A stretch of 64,000 nt of DNA from Patescibacteria group bacterium (GTDB lineage: Bacteria > Patescibacteriota > Saccharimonadia > Saccharimonadales > JANWIN01): NCBI GenBank assembly GCA_035480855.1, contig DATIHJ010000013.1, forward strand, positions 45,659 through 109,658, read 5' to 3'. Positions 17,730-27,642 of the stretch are shown here, piece after piece. Position numbers and translations under genes: made by a program. Every line of letters starts with the position of its first letter. Positions within the stretch are counted from its first letter, which is position 1. The notes below the pieces were generated by a model. It was not told the origin of the DNA, searched no databases, and saw nothing but the letters and a program-made list of their open reading frames with translations.

Positions 17730-19595
17730 TTATAACTGATTGAAGGTGACAGTATTCCAGACTGCTCGTCCAGAACTGCCATAAAGTACTAAGTTGCCAT
17801 CAGCCTGCATTACCAGTCTCGAGGAACCGTTGCCAAAAGTTACAGTGTTCCACAGTGGGTGATTATTGCCGTCGTATATTACCAGATTGCCATCGCCCTG
17901 CAACTTAACGTATTTGGAGCCTCTAGTTTGTGTATTACTTGACCAAAGAGCGCGGTTTGGTGAGTAAAGAACCAAGTTGCCATCAGTCTGAAAAACTAAT
18001 CTATAGCGTCTATCGGCTGTTTGTAATTGCTGACCCGGGAACATGGTAGCCGTGTGCAAAGTTGTATTTACATAGCTTAAGTTGTCAGGAGTTTGAAAAG
18101 TTACAGTGTTCCAAAGTGGTGCATTATTTGCGTCATAAAGTACTAAGTTGCCATCAGTTTGCAGTTTTAAATAAGCGCCTGGGTTACCCTGGGTGTTTGT
18201 TGACCACGTAGTACCATTCTTAAAGTAAAGTACCAAATTACCGTCTATGCCCATTTCTAGACGATCGATAGCTTTGCCAAAAGTCACGGTATTCCAAGTG
18301 GATTTGAAGTCGCTATACAAAACTAAGTTTCCATCGTCCTGAACGTTAAGTGTCGATTGTCCATCGGGCGAGAGTAAAAATTCTGATGGATGTAAGACTT
18401 CTCCGGGTTGTAAAATAGAATGATTGGCATTATTTGGGGCTGCCGGAGAAACCACATTCATTATTATCGACGAGCCTAAATCATTAAGCCAGGTGATATT
18501 CTCGGCAACAAGATCAAAATATTCCTGGTAAGTGCCTGGTGTAGAAGGGGCGCTTAATGTAAATTCGAAGGTACCTGTGCTTCCTGGGGGCACTGAAGAT
18601 TCTACTAGCTGGGCTGGCCTGTAGGGATTCAACCAACTTGAGTCGTAAAACTGACTAGTATGCTGAGCTGGACGATAAGTGCCAAGATGTAGCGTTGATT
18701 GGTTCCAAGTCTGGTTGCCGGTATTAGTGGCGACTATACGGACATATACTTTGCCACCTGGAGCAACCGTAGTGTCATTAGAGAAGCCCTGAGTCATTTG
18801 GGGGTTGGCATATATTTGAACGGAACTTTGAGTCCATGCATAAGGTATGGTTGTTTGAGTTGAGCCAAACCAAGATTCAAAAATTGAAACAAATAGTTGG
18901 TTGCCATGTAAATGAGGAGTGTAGTTATAGAATGAAGCAGTTGAACCAGTGTCTACGTGTACGCTTACGCCATCAATTGTTGTAAAGCCGTCATAGCAAA
19001 CAACAGGCGCATCATACTTACGCTGCTTACAGCCCTGCGTCATTGGCCCGGAGTAATTTATGGCAGGATCGCCACCAGCACCATCATTTGCTGTCCAACC
19101 GACATTGCCATTGGCGCGCTCTTTACCAAATTTTAAAAGCCATGTTCCTTTAGTAACTTGCTGTGAGAAGCCTTCGAATCCGGGAGCTGGGCAAGCCCCG
19201 CCATCGGGACAACCCATGCCCATAGCGGTGTTAATATAAGTACAATCGCCGGTAACAACAGAAGACTCTTTTTGCAAAGTTGCTAGAATTACCTCGGGGT
19301 TTACGCCATATATATCTGCTGCCCGCCTTATTACTGTTGCCGCGGAGACGTTTCCGCCATAACTGTTATATCCATTGGGAAAAGGCGCCTGGTAAGTTCT
19401 TAGGCAGCTACTGGGAAACTGGTTCAAGAAATTCTGTATATCACCAATGTTCATCGTGCCTGAATTATCAAATACGGGATCTACGATTATATTGTTTTGA
19501 TTCCAACTAGCTTTAGCCAAGGGGCTGTTAATAAGCAAAAGTCCTGCAGACAATACAACAGTTAAACCAGCCAAGAGTATTTTTTTAATGCTCAT
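17730..19595 (-). CDS. Secreted multidomain protein: lysozyme-like N-terminal region, NBR1-like Ig segment and two tandem bulb-type (B-/MMBL) lectin domains
   Basis: Signal peptide MSIKKILLAGLTVVLSAGLLLINSPLAKA. YGVNPEVILATLQKESS (a glycosidase-like E-S motif; weak call). NTGNQTWNQ...PPGSTGTFEFTLSAPSTPGTYQEYFDLV (NBR1-like). Six xDGNLV(L/I)Y motifs in the last ~215 aa. Confidence 0.75.
   Translation of the reverse strand: MSIKKILLAGLTVVLSAGLLLINSPLAKASWNQNNIIVDPVFDNSGTMNIGDIQNFLNQFPSSCLRTYQAPFPNGYNSYGGNVSAATVIRRAADIYGVNPEVILATLQKESSVVTGDCTYINTAMGMGCPDGGACPAPGFEGFSQQVTKGTWLLKFGKERANGNVGWTANDGAGGDPAINYSGPMTQGCKQRKYDAPVVCYDGFTTIDGVSVHVDTGSTASFYNYTPHLHGNQLFVSIFESWFGSTQTTIPYAWTQSSVQIYANPQMTQGFSNDTTVAPGGKVYVRIVATNTGNQTWNQSTLHLGTYRPAQHTSQFYDSSWLNPYRPAQLVESSVPPGSTGTFEFTLSAPSTPGTYQEYFDLVAENITWLNDLGSSIIMNVVSPAAPNNANHSILQPGEVLHPSEFLLSPDGQSTLNVQDDGNLVLYSDFKSTWNTVTFGKAIDRLEMGIDGNLVLYFKNGTTWSTNTQGNPGAYLKLQTDGNLVLYDANNAPLWNTVTFQTPDNLSYVNTTLHTATMFPGQQLQTADRRYRLVFQTDGNLVLYSPNRALWSSNTQTRGSKYVKLQGDGNLVIYDGNNHPLWNTVTFGNGSSRLVMQADGNLVLYGSSGRAVWNTVTFNQL
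17733..18380 (-). repeat. In-frame coding repeats: six lectin subdomain units (QxDxNxVxY ... WNTVTF)
   Basis: VQDDGNLVLY, MGIDGNLVLY, LQTDGNLVLY, FQTDGNLVLY, LQGDGNLVIY and MQADGNLVLY. The DNA shows recurring aagttgccatcag and acagt(g/a)ttcca units. Confidence 0.8.
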
Positions 19596-20119
19596 GGACT
19601 TATCTCTAGTGTTAGAGGATCATCTGTTGCTGCAGTATTGCTGCCAGATTTTGCAACGGCCTGAACGTGCCAAGAACCAGCAGTCAAACCAATTTTTTGA
19701 AGATCCCATTCCCAGCTAATGGTGCCGTCGCTGCCGACCGTATCGGGTCCGAGAGTTTTTACTTCGCTGCCCATCGTAAAGTTAATTTGACAAGTTATAC
19801 CAGCGTTAGTTCGACATATTGAATTCATAGTATTCCCAGGAGCGGAAAGAGTAGGGTGATGGTTGCTAACAAATGACCCAGAAGGAGCTATAACGTCGGT
19901 TGTGGGTGTAGTATTCCCGTAGGTTGTAGAAGGTTTAGTATTTCCGGTATCAGGGGCTGTATTTATTAATACGCCCGGCTGTGTAGTGCTTTTTCTTGTG
20001 GTTGTCGGTCCCTGGCCGCTCTGTTCCGGAGTGTTTTTATGTATTAGATAGCCACCAACAAGTAAAACAATAACCAGCGCGGCGCCGACGATAATCAATC
20101 TTTTACGTGGTAACTTCAT
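19592..20119 (-). CDS. Membrane-anchored extracytoplasmic protein of unknown function (T/P-rich linker plus small Cys-pair beta domain)
   Basis: N-terminal TM (LIIVGAALVIVLLVGGYLI), a TTTRKSTTQP...TTPTT linker, and a C-terminal ~90 aa with two Cys. Its stop overlaps the lectin gene start by 4 nt. Confidence 0.5.
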   Translation of the reverse strand: MKLPRKRLIIVGAALVIVLLVGGYLIHKNTPEQSGQGPTTTRKSTTQPGVLINTAPDTGNTKPSTTYGNTTPTTDVIAPSGSFVSNHHPTLSAPGNTMNSICRTNAGITCQINFTMGSEVKTLGPDTVGSDGTISWEWDLQKIGLTAGSWHVQAVAKSGSNTAATDDPLTLEISP

Positions 20120-20253
20120 GCTTCTTATTTTACCAATAACTGTATTTTTGTTTTAAATTTATACATAAAGCATATTACCACAAGCGGCATACTAAATCAA
20201 GCCCTAGGACCCCTTAAATTCAACGCTTAATGACTATACGCTAGGAGGCTGGA

Positions 20254-20949
20254 TTAAGCAGAATTACCACGTTTTTGAGGAGCCTTAATTGTGGTGTTAT
20301 ATTTAAGAACGTCGCGCAAACCTTCCATTGCTGGTAGTCGGGCAAAAATCTCTGCTCTAGGTAAGCCAATGACATCTGGTCGTGTCTCTTTGGCCAGTTC
20401 ATAAACAGTTCGTACGCCGGTACCGATGTAGGTAATTCCGCCGTCCATTGGCAAATCATCAATCGCAGCATCAATAAGCGGGGCGATCTTGGCAACCGTG
20501 TCACCTATAGTCAACATGTCAGTAGGTGCTTTGGGATACTCAAATGGGTCATAACGAAAACTGGTGCGGATAATATGGCAACCTTGTTTGTTCAGCCGGA
20601 CCTCGATCTCACCCTGTATTTTTGTCAAAATATAGAAGTTATAAGGCTCCACAGCACTCTCTGTGCTTATGTAGATAATCGGACAGTATGCTTGAGCAAC
20701 TAGGTTGCGTGTACCCATTACATTAACCTTAAAACACTTCACTGCTTCATTGGGATCGTTATCAGGCTTAAGGGTCTCCGTATAGGCAGCTGAGTGCACA
20801 ATCAAGTCAATAGAGTGCTTACCGATATACCGAAGTATGCTGTCCGGATCGGTGATATCCATATCTTGGTGGCTTGGAGCGATATATTTGCGGTGTTTTT
20901 GCAGTACTTGGCCTAGTTGGCCAGATCCACCGGTCAATAAGATATTCAT
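20254..20949 (-). CDS. Short RmlD-like NAD(P)-dependent sugar-nucleotide reductase/epimerase (SDR)
   Basis: MNILLTGGSGQLG Rossmann motif and YILTK (YxxxK). It is shorter than canonical RmlD. The start at the ATG 6 nt after AAGGAGA is preferred. Confidence 0.55.
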   Translation of the reverse strand: MNILLTGGSGQLGQVLQKHRKYIAPSHQDMDITDPDSILRYIGKHSIDLIVHSAAYTETLKPDNDPNEAVKCFKVNVMGTRNLVAQAYCPIIYISTESAVEPYNFYILTKIQGEIEVRLNKQGCHIIRTSFRYDPFEYPKAPTDMLTIGDTVAKIAPLIDAAIDDLPMDGGITYIGTGVRTVYELAKETRPDVIGLPRAEIFARLPAMEGLRDVLKYNTTIKAPQKRGNSA

Positions 20950-20968
20950 TATCATTCTCCTTTAAAAG

Positions 20969-22264
20969 TTATTTAGTGAGAGTCATATACCAACTCGTAG
21001 GGTTGACCGGAATTGTAACTGATTTTTGCTTGCCAGACTCAAAGTCGCTTATTCCTTTATTGTACTGGGGTCGGTAATCAACAAACTGTTTTTCTATATA
21101 AAAATTTTGGTAATGCAGGGAAGTTAAAAGCCCAAAAGCCACAAAGAGTACTAAGAATATATAACGAGCTTTTGGGGCTAGAGCCAGGTAGGTAGATTTT
21201 ATAAAAATAAGGTTAACCGCCAAGACTCCGTATACGAAGTAACGATTAGCACCTACTATGACTGACATAACCTTTAATGCGTCAACGGCCGTTTTGGCAG
21301 TTAGGCTAGGACCTTTAACAGACGCAAAAGACATTGCAGCCAGGAAGAACAGCAAATACCAAACTTGTTTATTGCTTTTTCTTACAACTGCGTAAGTCGC
21401 GATTAGCATTGCAATAACAGTAAAGAAAACTGTAAAAACCTGGTAATGATGCAGGGAGTAATCTTGCACTAGAATGTCTATACGGGCAAAACGGATGCCC
21501 GGGATAATCATTTGATTATAAATTTCCAGTAACGTCCATTTGGAGAACATTGACAATATCGTGATGTGCGCGCGCTCAATATGGTTGAAAAAATAACATA
21601 TGAGTTGGGCAACAGATGCAAAGGCTGAAGTGATCAAGAAGAACCACTCTTTTCTTTTGTACTTGAACCGTTCGACCAGAGTAAGGGGTAAATAGAACCA
21701 GGCAAAAGGCAACGTTAAACAAGATAATAAGAAAAAGGTTCTCTCGGCGATAATTCCTATTCTGTTTTTTGGAGGTCGGGCCAACAAAATCAAAACTCCA
21801 ATTATGCCCATCAAAAACACAGAGTTAGAGAAGTTAAAGAACAGTTCATACATATTAGCTACTAGACACAAAGAAGCTGTCATAAAAAGTCGTTCATAGT
21901 TATTTGTTAATATCTTAGTTCTCGACGACAAAAGATAATAAGCTAGCAAAATAAATAAACCCCACGCGGTTAATACAAAGATAAGTGGAGCATAGTGCAA
22001 TGACACATGTGCTACCAGATAACCAAATAGACGTTCAGGAACATGAAAAAAGCCGTTCACAGGTTGCGCTAACGCGGTAATGCTTTTATTGTGTCCTTGC
22101 GCCAGCCAAACATTGCCATCTTCCGCAAAGAGCTGTGGCTTAAAAAGATACTGACTAGAGCGATATAAATAGCCTGTTGCAGCAACGGCAACAAGTGCTG
22201 CGGTTTGCCAAGCAGACGAAGGACTCTTCAAACTATTGATAATATTTTGCTTGTTCAGCTTCAC
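20969..22264 (-). CDS. Polytopic membrane protein, possible GT-C-type glycosyltransferase or polymerase
   Basis: 431 aa, about 10+ hydrophobic helices, and an acidic first loop (FAEDGNVW). No soluble domain. Function is inferred from context only. Confidence 0.45.
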   Translation of the reverse strand: MKLNKQNIINSLKSPSSAWQTAALVAVAATGYLYRSSQYLFKPQLFAEDGNVWLAQGHNKSITALAQPVNGFFHVPERLFGYLVAHVSLHYAPLIFVLTAWGLFILLAYYLLSSRTKILTNNYERLFMTASLCLVANMYELFFNFSNSVFLMGIIGVLILLARPPKNRIGIIAERTFFLLSCLTLPFAWFYLPLTLVERFKYKRKEWFFLITSAFASVAQLICYFFNHIERAHITILSMFSKWTLLEIYNQMIIPGIRFARIDILVQDYSLHHYQVFTVFFTVIAMLIATYAVVRKSNKQVWYLLFFLAAMSFASVKGPSLTAKTAVDALKVMSVIVGANRYFVYGVLAVNLIFIKSTYLALAPKARYIFLVLFVAFGLLTSLHYQNFYIEKQFVDYRPQYNKGISDFESGKQKSVTIPVNPTSWYMTLTK

Positions 22265-22349
22265 AAAATCACTATAGCAATTGCTTGAATATTCACAAAC
22301 CGAGAAAGCTTATTCTGCGAACTGAATTAAGCTATAATGCGTACTAATA

Positions 22350-24050
22350 ATGGCAACCAAACAAAGTAAACGGCCAGTTTCAAAAAAGCTGGCAGCCTCG
22401 CTGAAGCGAAAAAATCCAATGCTTCGCAAGCTCTTTTTTATGGCTGTTCTGCCAGCCCTTGTCTATTTTTTGTTTTTTACTGTCTATAGCTGGCCATGGA
22501 TGTCGCATTTTAATACGCATATATTTACCGATTCAGGTGATGGCTTCCAAAATGTTTGGAATATATGGTGGGTTAATAAGTCTATAACCCAGCTACATCA
22601 ATTACCCTGGCATACCACCTTCGTACACTATCCATACGGTACGACTCTTATTGCTCAAACACTGAACCCCTTTAACGGCTTTGTTGGCATTGGGCTACTC
22701 AAGATATTTAGCTTGGCTCAGACATATAACATTATGGTGATTTTCTCGTTTTTGTCAGCCGGAGTCACAATGTTCTGGCTATGTAACTTCTTTACCCGTC
22801 GCTACCTACCTAGTCTTATAGGCGGCTTTATATATACGTTCTCAAGCTATCATTTTGCGCACGCAATTGGGCATATGCAATTAGTCTCACTAGAGTGGAT
22901 ACCTTTGTTTGTCTTACTATGGTGGAAGCTAGTTACCAAGCCGCGCTATCGTTTGGCAGTAGGGGCTGCGCTGGTACTGCTGCTTGTCTTACTCTGTGAC
23001 TATTATTATTTCCTATATTCAGTTGTACTGGCAGTACTTATCTTTATATATCTGGCTTGGCGCAAAGAGATTCCGCCTTGGCGTTCTAAGCAAACCTGGC
23101 GACCATATTTGACGTTTACGGCCTTAAGCGCGCTGTTTGTATTACCGCTTCCACTGCTTCTAACCATCACCAACGCTCGTGACCCACTGCAGGGATCACA
23201 TCCAGGTCGTGTCTATAGTACAGATATATTCACCCCCTTCATTGATGGCAGTTTTTGGCATTTTCACTCTTGGACTGACGGATATTGGCGAAAAATAAAA
23301 GCAGGTATGGCAGAGGGCAGCATATACCTTACTCTATCGGTGACAGTTCTAATGATTGTGGCAGTTTGGAAACGAACTAAAATTCATCGAGACACCGTTC
23401 TTTGGCTAGTAATTGCGGTACTCTTTGGGGTTATGAGTCTTGGCGAGCGTCTTATGGTTTTTGGCTACAGTATTAACCACGCTCCAATGCCCTATGCCTT
23501 ACTTGAAAAGATCCTACCGCAATTAAAACTATCGGGTGTACCAGTGCGTATGATGATTATGGTAATTTTTGCCTCCGCCATAATCTCAGCTATGGTACTC
23601 AGTAAAATAAATCTTAAGCAGAGAAAAGGTCAAATACTAATGGCTGCTTTCACGCTCCTACTTATTTTTGAACTATGGCCTGCACCACTTCCAAACAACA
23701 CCGGAATTCATGCTCCCTACGTATATGCCTTAAGCAAGTTACCGGCTACAGGCGGTGTTTTAGATAATGCTGCAATTAGTGAAACAACCCAGCTATATGA
23801 TCAAACTATCTCCAACAAGCCAATGGTTCTTGGCTATATATCTCGAACACCACTAAGTGTCACCGCCAAGGATAATCAATTGATTGCGAGCTTAAATTCT
23901 CCTAAAGGCTATCAGCAGTTATGTGCTGTCTATAAGGTTCGCTATTACACGACACCAGCATATCGCCCACTTGAGGGTGTTTCTTTTCCGGTAGTATATC
24001 GGGATAGTAACTCCCTAATATACGACCTCAAAAACTCACCCAACTGCTAG
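22350..24050 (+). CDS. Polytopic membrane protein, GT-C-like glycosyltransferase candidate
   Basis: 566 aa. The first extracytoplasmic loop has FTDSGDGFQNVWNIWW (a D-x-D-type loop as in GT-C enzymes), followed by many TM helices and a C-terminal soluble ~130 aa. Confidence 0.5.
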   Translation: MATKQSKRPVSKKLAASLKRKNPMLRKLFFMAVLPALVYFLFFTVYSWPWMSHFNTHIFTDSGDGFQNVWNIWWVNKSITQLHQLPWHTTFVHYPYGTTLIAQTLNPFNGFVGIGLLKIFSLAQTYNIMVIFSFLSAGVTMFWLCNFFTRRYLPSLIGGFIYTFSSYHFAHAIGHMQLVSLEWIPLFVLLWWKLVTKPRYRLAVGAALVLLLVLLCDYYYFLYSVVLAVLIFIYLAWRKEIPPWRSKQTWRPYLTFTALSALFVLPLPLLLTITNARDPLQGSHPGRVYSTDIFTPFIDGSFWHFHSWTDGYWRKIKAGMAEGSIYLTLSVTVLMIVAVWKRTKIHRDTVLWLVIAVLFGVMSLGERLMVFGYSINHAPMPYALLEKILPQLKLSGVPVRMMIMVIFASAIISAMVLSKINLKQRKGQILMAAFTLLLIFELWPAPLPNNTGIHAPYVYALSKLPATGGVLDNAAISETTQLYDQTISNKPMVLGYISRTPLSVTAKDNQLIASLNSPKGYQQLCAVYKVRYYTTPAYRPLEGVSFPVVYRDSNSLIYDLKNSPNC

Positions 24051-24787
24051 TTCTTAGTTTTTTTGCTGTTGCTTCTTACAGTTGCATTAAAATAAATGAT
24101 TTCCCATACGTTTTTAACACCATCGCGCATTCCTATTTTTTTACCTTCTTCTTTGCTTCGCCCATAGTATGAAATACCGACTTCATAAACACGAGCACCC
24201 TTTTTGGCAATCCGAGCGGTAATTTCCGCTTCAAATCCAAATCTCTGAGCCCTAAGATCTTTAGCGAGCTCTCGCACTAAATCTCCACGAATCATTTTGT
24301 AGCAAGTCTCCATATCAGTTAGATTTAAGCCAGATAAGATATTAGACAGTGTCGTTAAGAGTTTATTTGCAATCTTATTACGGTAATAGATAGTTCGGTG
24401 CGGTTCACCACCAATGAAACGAGAGCCATATACTACATCAGCCTGACCGCGGTTAAAGGGATGTAATAACCTCAAATAATCTTGCGGGTCATATTCTAAA
24501 TCTGCGTCTTGAATTACTACAATATCACCAGTTGATTCTAAGATACCTCTTTTTAGTGCCGCTCCCTTACCTTGATTTGTTTTTTGAAACAAAAGTTTGA
24601 GCGAAGGGTTTTTCTTTGATAGTTTTTTTACTATTTCGCGAGTGTTATCTTTAGAGCCATCATCAACAATTAGTATCTCTTTTTTAATAGACCCAAGGTC
24701 TACAGCCATAACTTCTTCAATTATTTTTTCAATAGTATCTTTTTCGTTATAGCACGGTATGATTATCGATAACTTTTTGATTTCCAC
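24047..24787 (-). CDS. Family-2 glycosyltransferase (polyprenyl-phosphate glycosyltransferase type)
   Basis: LSIIIPCYNEKDTIEKII...ILIVDDGSKDNT...VIQDADLEYDPQDY. The GTG at 24787, preceded by GGAG, is preferred over the track TTG at 24817. Confidence 0.8.
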   Translation of the reverse strand: MEIKKLSIIIPCYNEKDTIEKIIEEVMAVDLGSIKKEILIVDDGSKDNTREIVKKLSKKNPSLKLLFQKTNQGKGAALKRGILESTGDIVVIQDADLEYDPQDYLRLLHPFNRGQADVVYGSRFIGGEPHRTIYYRNKIANKLLTTLSNILSGLNLTDMETCYKMIRGDLVRELAKDLRAQRFGFEAEITARIAKKGARVYEVGISYYGRSKEEGKKIGMRDGVKNVWEIIYFNATVRSNSKKTKN

Positions 24788-24981
24788 AAAAACTCCATTT
24801 GCGTTTAGTGCATTCAATCAACATCTCAGCCACCTTCTGATCTGCTAGTATTGTACGATGCATCATGGTGAAACTACAATAAAAACCAAAGTCCTTTCTT
24901 TATTTCTAAAAAGATATAGTAGAATAATCTAAGTCGAGGGTGCTCATACTAAAACGGTGGGTAGTAAAAAAGGAGAGACGT

Positions 24982-25899
24982 GTGAAAGTTTTAATGACCG
25001 GGGCAGATGGATTTATAGGCTCAAACGTTTTGGAGTTTTTACTAGAGCACACCGATTGGGATTTTACTTGCATTTGCTCATGGCGACATAAGGGCAATCC
25101 ACTCAATGTTAAACCAGATCCACGAGTCCACATAGTTACCCATGACCTAACTGGGGTAATACCTGATCTTGGAAATTTTGATTATATTTTAAATCTCGCC
25201 AGCGAAAGCCATGTTGATCGCTCAATTTCCGAGCCGGTGCACTTTGTTGAAAATAATGTTTCCAGCACTTTACAAGTTTTAGAATACGCTCGTAAACACA
25301 AACCAAAGGTTTTTATACAGTTCTCCACAGATGAAGTCTATGGTGCGACAAATCATGCTGAATGGGATGTCCTGCTGCCTAGTAATCCATACTCCGCTAG
25401 CAAAGCGGCACAGGAAATGATAGCAATTGCTTACTGGAAGACATACGGGCTACCCATAGTCATTACAAACAGCAATAATATAGTGGGCAGAAACCAGGAT
25501 CCCGAAAAGTTTGTTCCCAAGATAGTAAGATTGATTCGTGATGGTAAACAAGTAATCATACATACTTCTAAGGGAAAGCCCGGAACGCGTTACTATAATC
25601 CTGTAGAAAATGTAGCCGACGCTCTGCTATTTATTATTAATAACTACCCATTTAAGAAACTTCAAAAAGACCGGCCAACCCGCTTTAATCTGCCGGGTGG
25701 AGAAGAACTTAACAATCTAGAAATGGCCAAACTAATTGCTCAGCAACTTAAAAAACCTTTGAAATATAAGTTAGTTGATGTCGCATCAATTCGACCTGGG
25801 TATGACGAGTTTTACCCCAAAACGGCCGGAGAAATTACCAAGCTTGGCTGGAAGCCACCCCTAACTCTTCAAAAAAGTTTAGAATGGCTCACGACTTAG
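24982..25899 (+). CDS. NAD-dependent epimerase/dehydratase family protein (extended SDR)
   Basis: VLMTGADGFIGSNV, STDEVYG and NPYSASKAAQE (YxxxK). The GTG at 24982 lies 6 nt after GGAGAG. Confidence 0.8.
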   Translation: MKVLMTGADGFIGSNVLEFLLEHTDWDFTCICSWRHKGNPLNVKPDPRVHIVTHDLTGVIPDLGNFDYILNLASESHVDRSISEPVHFVENNVSSTLQVLEYARKHKPKVFIQFSTDEVYGATNHAEWDVLLPSNPYSASKAAQEMIAIAYWKTYGLPIVITNSNNIVGRNQDPEKFVPKIVRLIRDGKQVIIHTSKGKPGTRYYNPVENVADALLFIINNYPFKKLQKDRPTRFNLPGGEELNNLEMAKLIAQQLKKPLKYKLVDVASIRPGYDEFYPKTAGEITKLGWKPPLTLQKSLEWLTT

Positions 25900-25909
25900 C
25901 AAACAAGTG

Positions 25910-26794
25910 CTAACTTTTTCCATCTGACGACGTCGGCAAAAGGCCTAGTAAGTATTGGCCATAGCCAGATTTTTTAAGCGGCTCAGCTAGGGCTTCTAAC
26001 TGGGTGGCATTTATAAAGCCTTGCCTAAAAGCGACCTCCTCTATACAGCCAATTTTCATACCCTGGCGTTCTTCTATAACTTGCACATATTGGGCAGCCT
26101 GGGTCATAGAAGCAAAGGTACCAGTATCTAACCAAGCGGTGCCACGATCAAGTAAAGATACTTTTAGCTTGCCAGCTTTTAGATAGGCATTCATAACTTC
26201 CGTAATCTCTACTTCGCCACGCTCACTTGGCTGGACCTGCTTGGCATACCCTACAACTGCGTTATCAAAGAAATATAATCCCGGAATAGCGTAGTTAGAC
26301 TTTGGCTGGGCCGGTTTTTCCTCAATCGAGATTACCTTCATCTGCTCATCAAACTCCACAATTCCATAGCGCTCAGGATCGACTACCTGTTGTCCAAAAA
26401 TTACACCACCATCTAATTCATTAGCTGCCTTACGGACCTTGCCATCAAAATCACTGCCGTAAAATATGTTATCACCAAGTACCATAGCAACGGAGTCACT
26501 GCCTATAAACTCTTCACCGACAATGTAGGCGTCAGCCAGTCCGCGAGGTTGCTCCTGGACTTTGTAGCTAAACGTGCAGCCTATTTGTGAACCGTCACCA
26601 AGCAGTTGCTGGAAGCGAGGCAAATCGTCTGGCGTAGAAATAATAAGTATCTCTTTAATGCCCGCACCCATTAGCGTGCTTAGGGGGTAATATATCATTG
26701 GTTTGTCATAAATGGGCATTAGCTGTTTGCTGACTGCTTTGGTCAATGGGTATAAGCGAGTTCCACTTCCGCCCGCTAAAATTATTCCCTTCAT
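25910..26794 (-). CDS. rmlA: Glucose-1-phosphate thymidylyltransferase
   Basis: [26 protein letters not shown] and a C-terminal [10 protein letters not shown], the canonical RmlA set. Confidence 0.95.
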   Translation of the reverse strand: MKGIILAGGSGTRLYPLTKAVSKQLMPIYDKPMIYYPLSTLMGAGIKEILIISTPDDLPRFQQLLGDGSQIGCTFSYKVQEQPRGLADAYIVGEEFIGSDSVAMVLGDNIFYGSDFDGKVRKAANELDGGVIFGQQVVDPERYGIVEFDEQMKVISIEEKPAQPKSNYAIPGLYFFDNAVVGYAKQVQPSERGEVEITEVMNAYLKAGKLKVSLLDRGTAWLDTGTFASMTQAAQYVQVIEERQGMKIGCIEEVAFRQGFINATQLEALAEPLKKSGYGQYLLGLLPTSSDGKS

Positions 26795-27642
26795 GCTAAC
26801 TCCTTTTTAACGTAGGTTGCTAAATCTTCCTGCCAATTACGGGGCGTAAAACCAGTTGCCTTAATTTTGGCAAGGTCTAAGCTGCTTTGTAATGGACGAG
26901 CTGCAATACCGGTTTTGCCTGCATAATATTGCTCAGTTGTTACCTCACTAACCGTATTGCTTAACTGAGCATATTTGAAAACCTCGCGCGCAATCTCTGA
27001 CCAACTCATTGGCTCGCCGTCGTTAGATACGTTGTATGTACCGTACTGACTTTTTGATGAAAGTAAATGATGTATGGCATCTACTAAGGTGCTTGTGAAG
27101 GTCAAACGGCCGACTTGATCATTAACTACAGATGGATTAACACCATTTTGCGCAAGCTCTAGCATGGTCCGGACAAAGTTCTTGCCTTCACCAATTACCC
27201 AGGAAGTTCGCAAAATGTAGTGCTTGGGCGCCAGTCCAACCACAATATCTCCAGCAGCCTTGCTGGAACCATAGACACTCAGAGGACTAAATGCTTCATA
27301 TTCGCTATGAGGGTTTTTAACACCGTCAAATACATAATCTGTTGAAATGTGCACAAGCGTAATATCATTTTTAACAGCAACTTGTTGCAAGTACCCCGGA
27401 GAGACAGCATTAACTAGCCAAGCAGTACGACGACCTTCACTCGACTCCGCACCATCCACGTTGGTATAAGCAGCAGCGTTTAAGATGACTTTGACACTTG
27501 ACCAGTCAAATGCTTCTACAGATTTTTGATCGGTAATATCTAGTTCGCCTATATCGGCATTTTTAGATCCAGGGTATCTTTGCAGCAATGCTGTGCCTAG
27601 TTGACCTTTTGCGCCAAGGATAAAAATTTCTGAATCGTTCAC
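26791..27642 (-). CDS. rmlD: dTDP-4-dehydrorhamnose reductase
   Basis: [17 protein letters not shown] and [10 protein letters not shown]. It has 4-nt overlaps with both rmlA and rmlC. Confidence 0.9.
   Translation of the reverse strand: MNDSEIFILGAKGQLGTALLQRYPGSKNADIGELDITDQKSVEAFDWSSVKVILNAAAYTNVDGAESSEGRRTAWLVNAVSPGYLQQVAVKNDITLVHISTDYVFDGVKNPHSEYEAFSPLSVYGSSKAAGDIVVGLAPKHYILRTSWVIGEGKNFVRTMLELAQNGVNPSVVNDQVGRLTFTSTLVDAIHHLLSSKSQYGTYNVSNDGEPMSWSEIAREVFKYAQLSNTVSEVTTEQYYAGKTGIAARPLQSSLDLAKIKATGFTPRNWQEDLATYVKKELA

Noticed and set aside
17733-18380. Repeated DNA units (aagttgccatcag..., acagtgttcca...) that at first glance look like a tandem-repeat or CRISPR-like array.
   Set aside because: The repeats are in frame, of variable spacing, and encode the six lectin subdomain motifs. 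There are no unique spacers of constant length and no cas genes. No CRISPR array exists anywhere in the window.
20241-20504. 87-aa ORF overlapping the 3' part of the RmlD-like gene in another frame, which might indicate a frameshifted pseudogene.
   Set aside because: The 231-aa frame keeps the Rossmann and YxxxK motifs and reads through without interruption. The alternative frame has no recognisable similarity. I keep the gene as intact but short.
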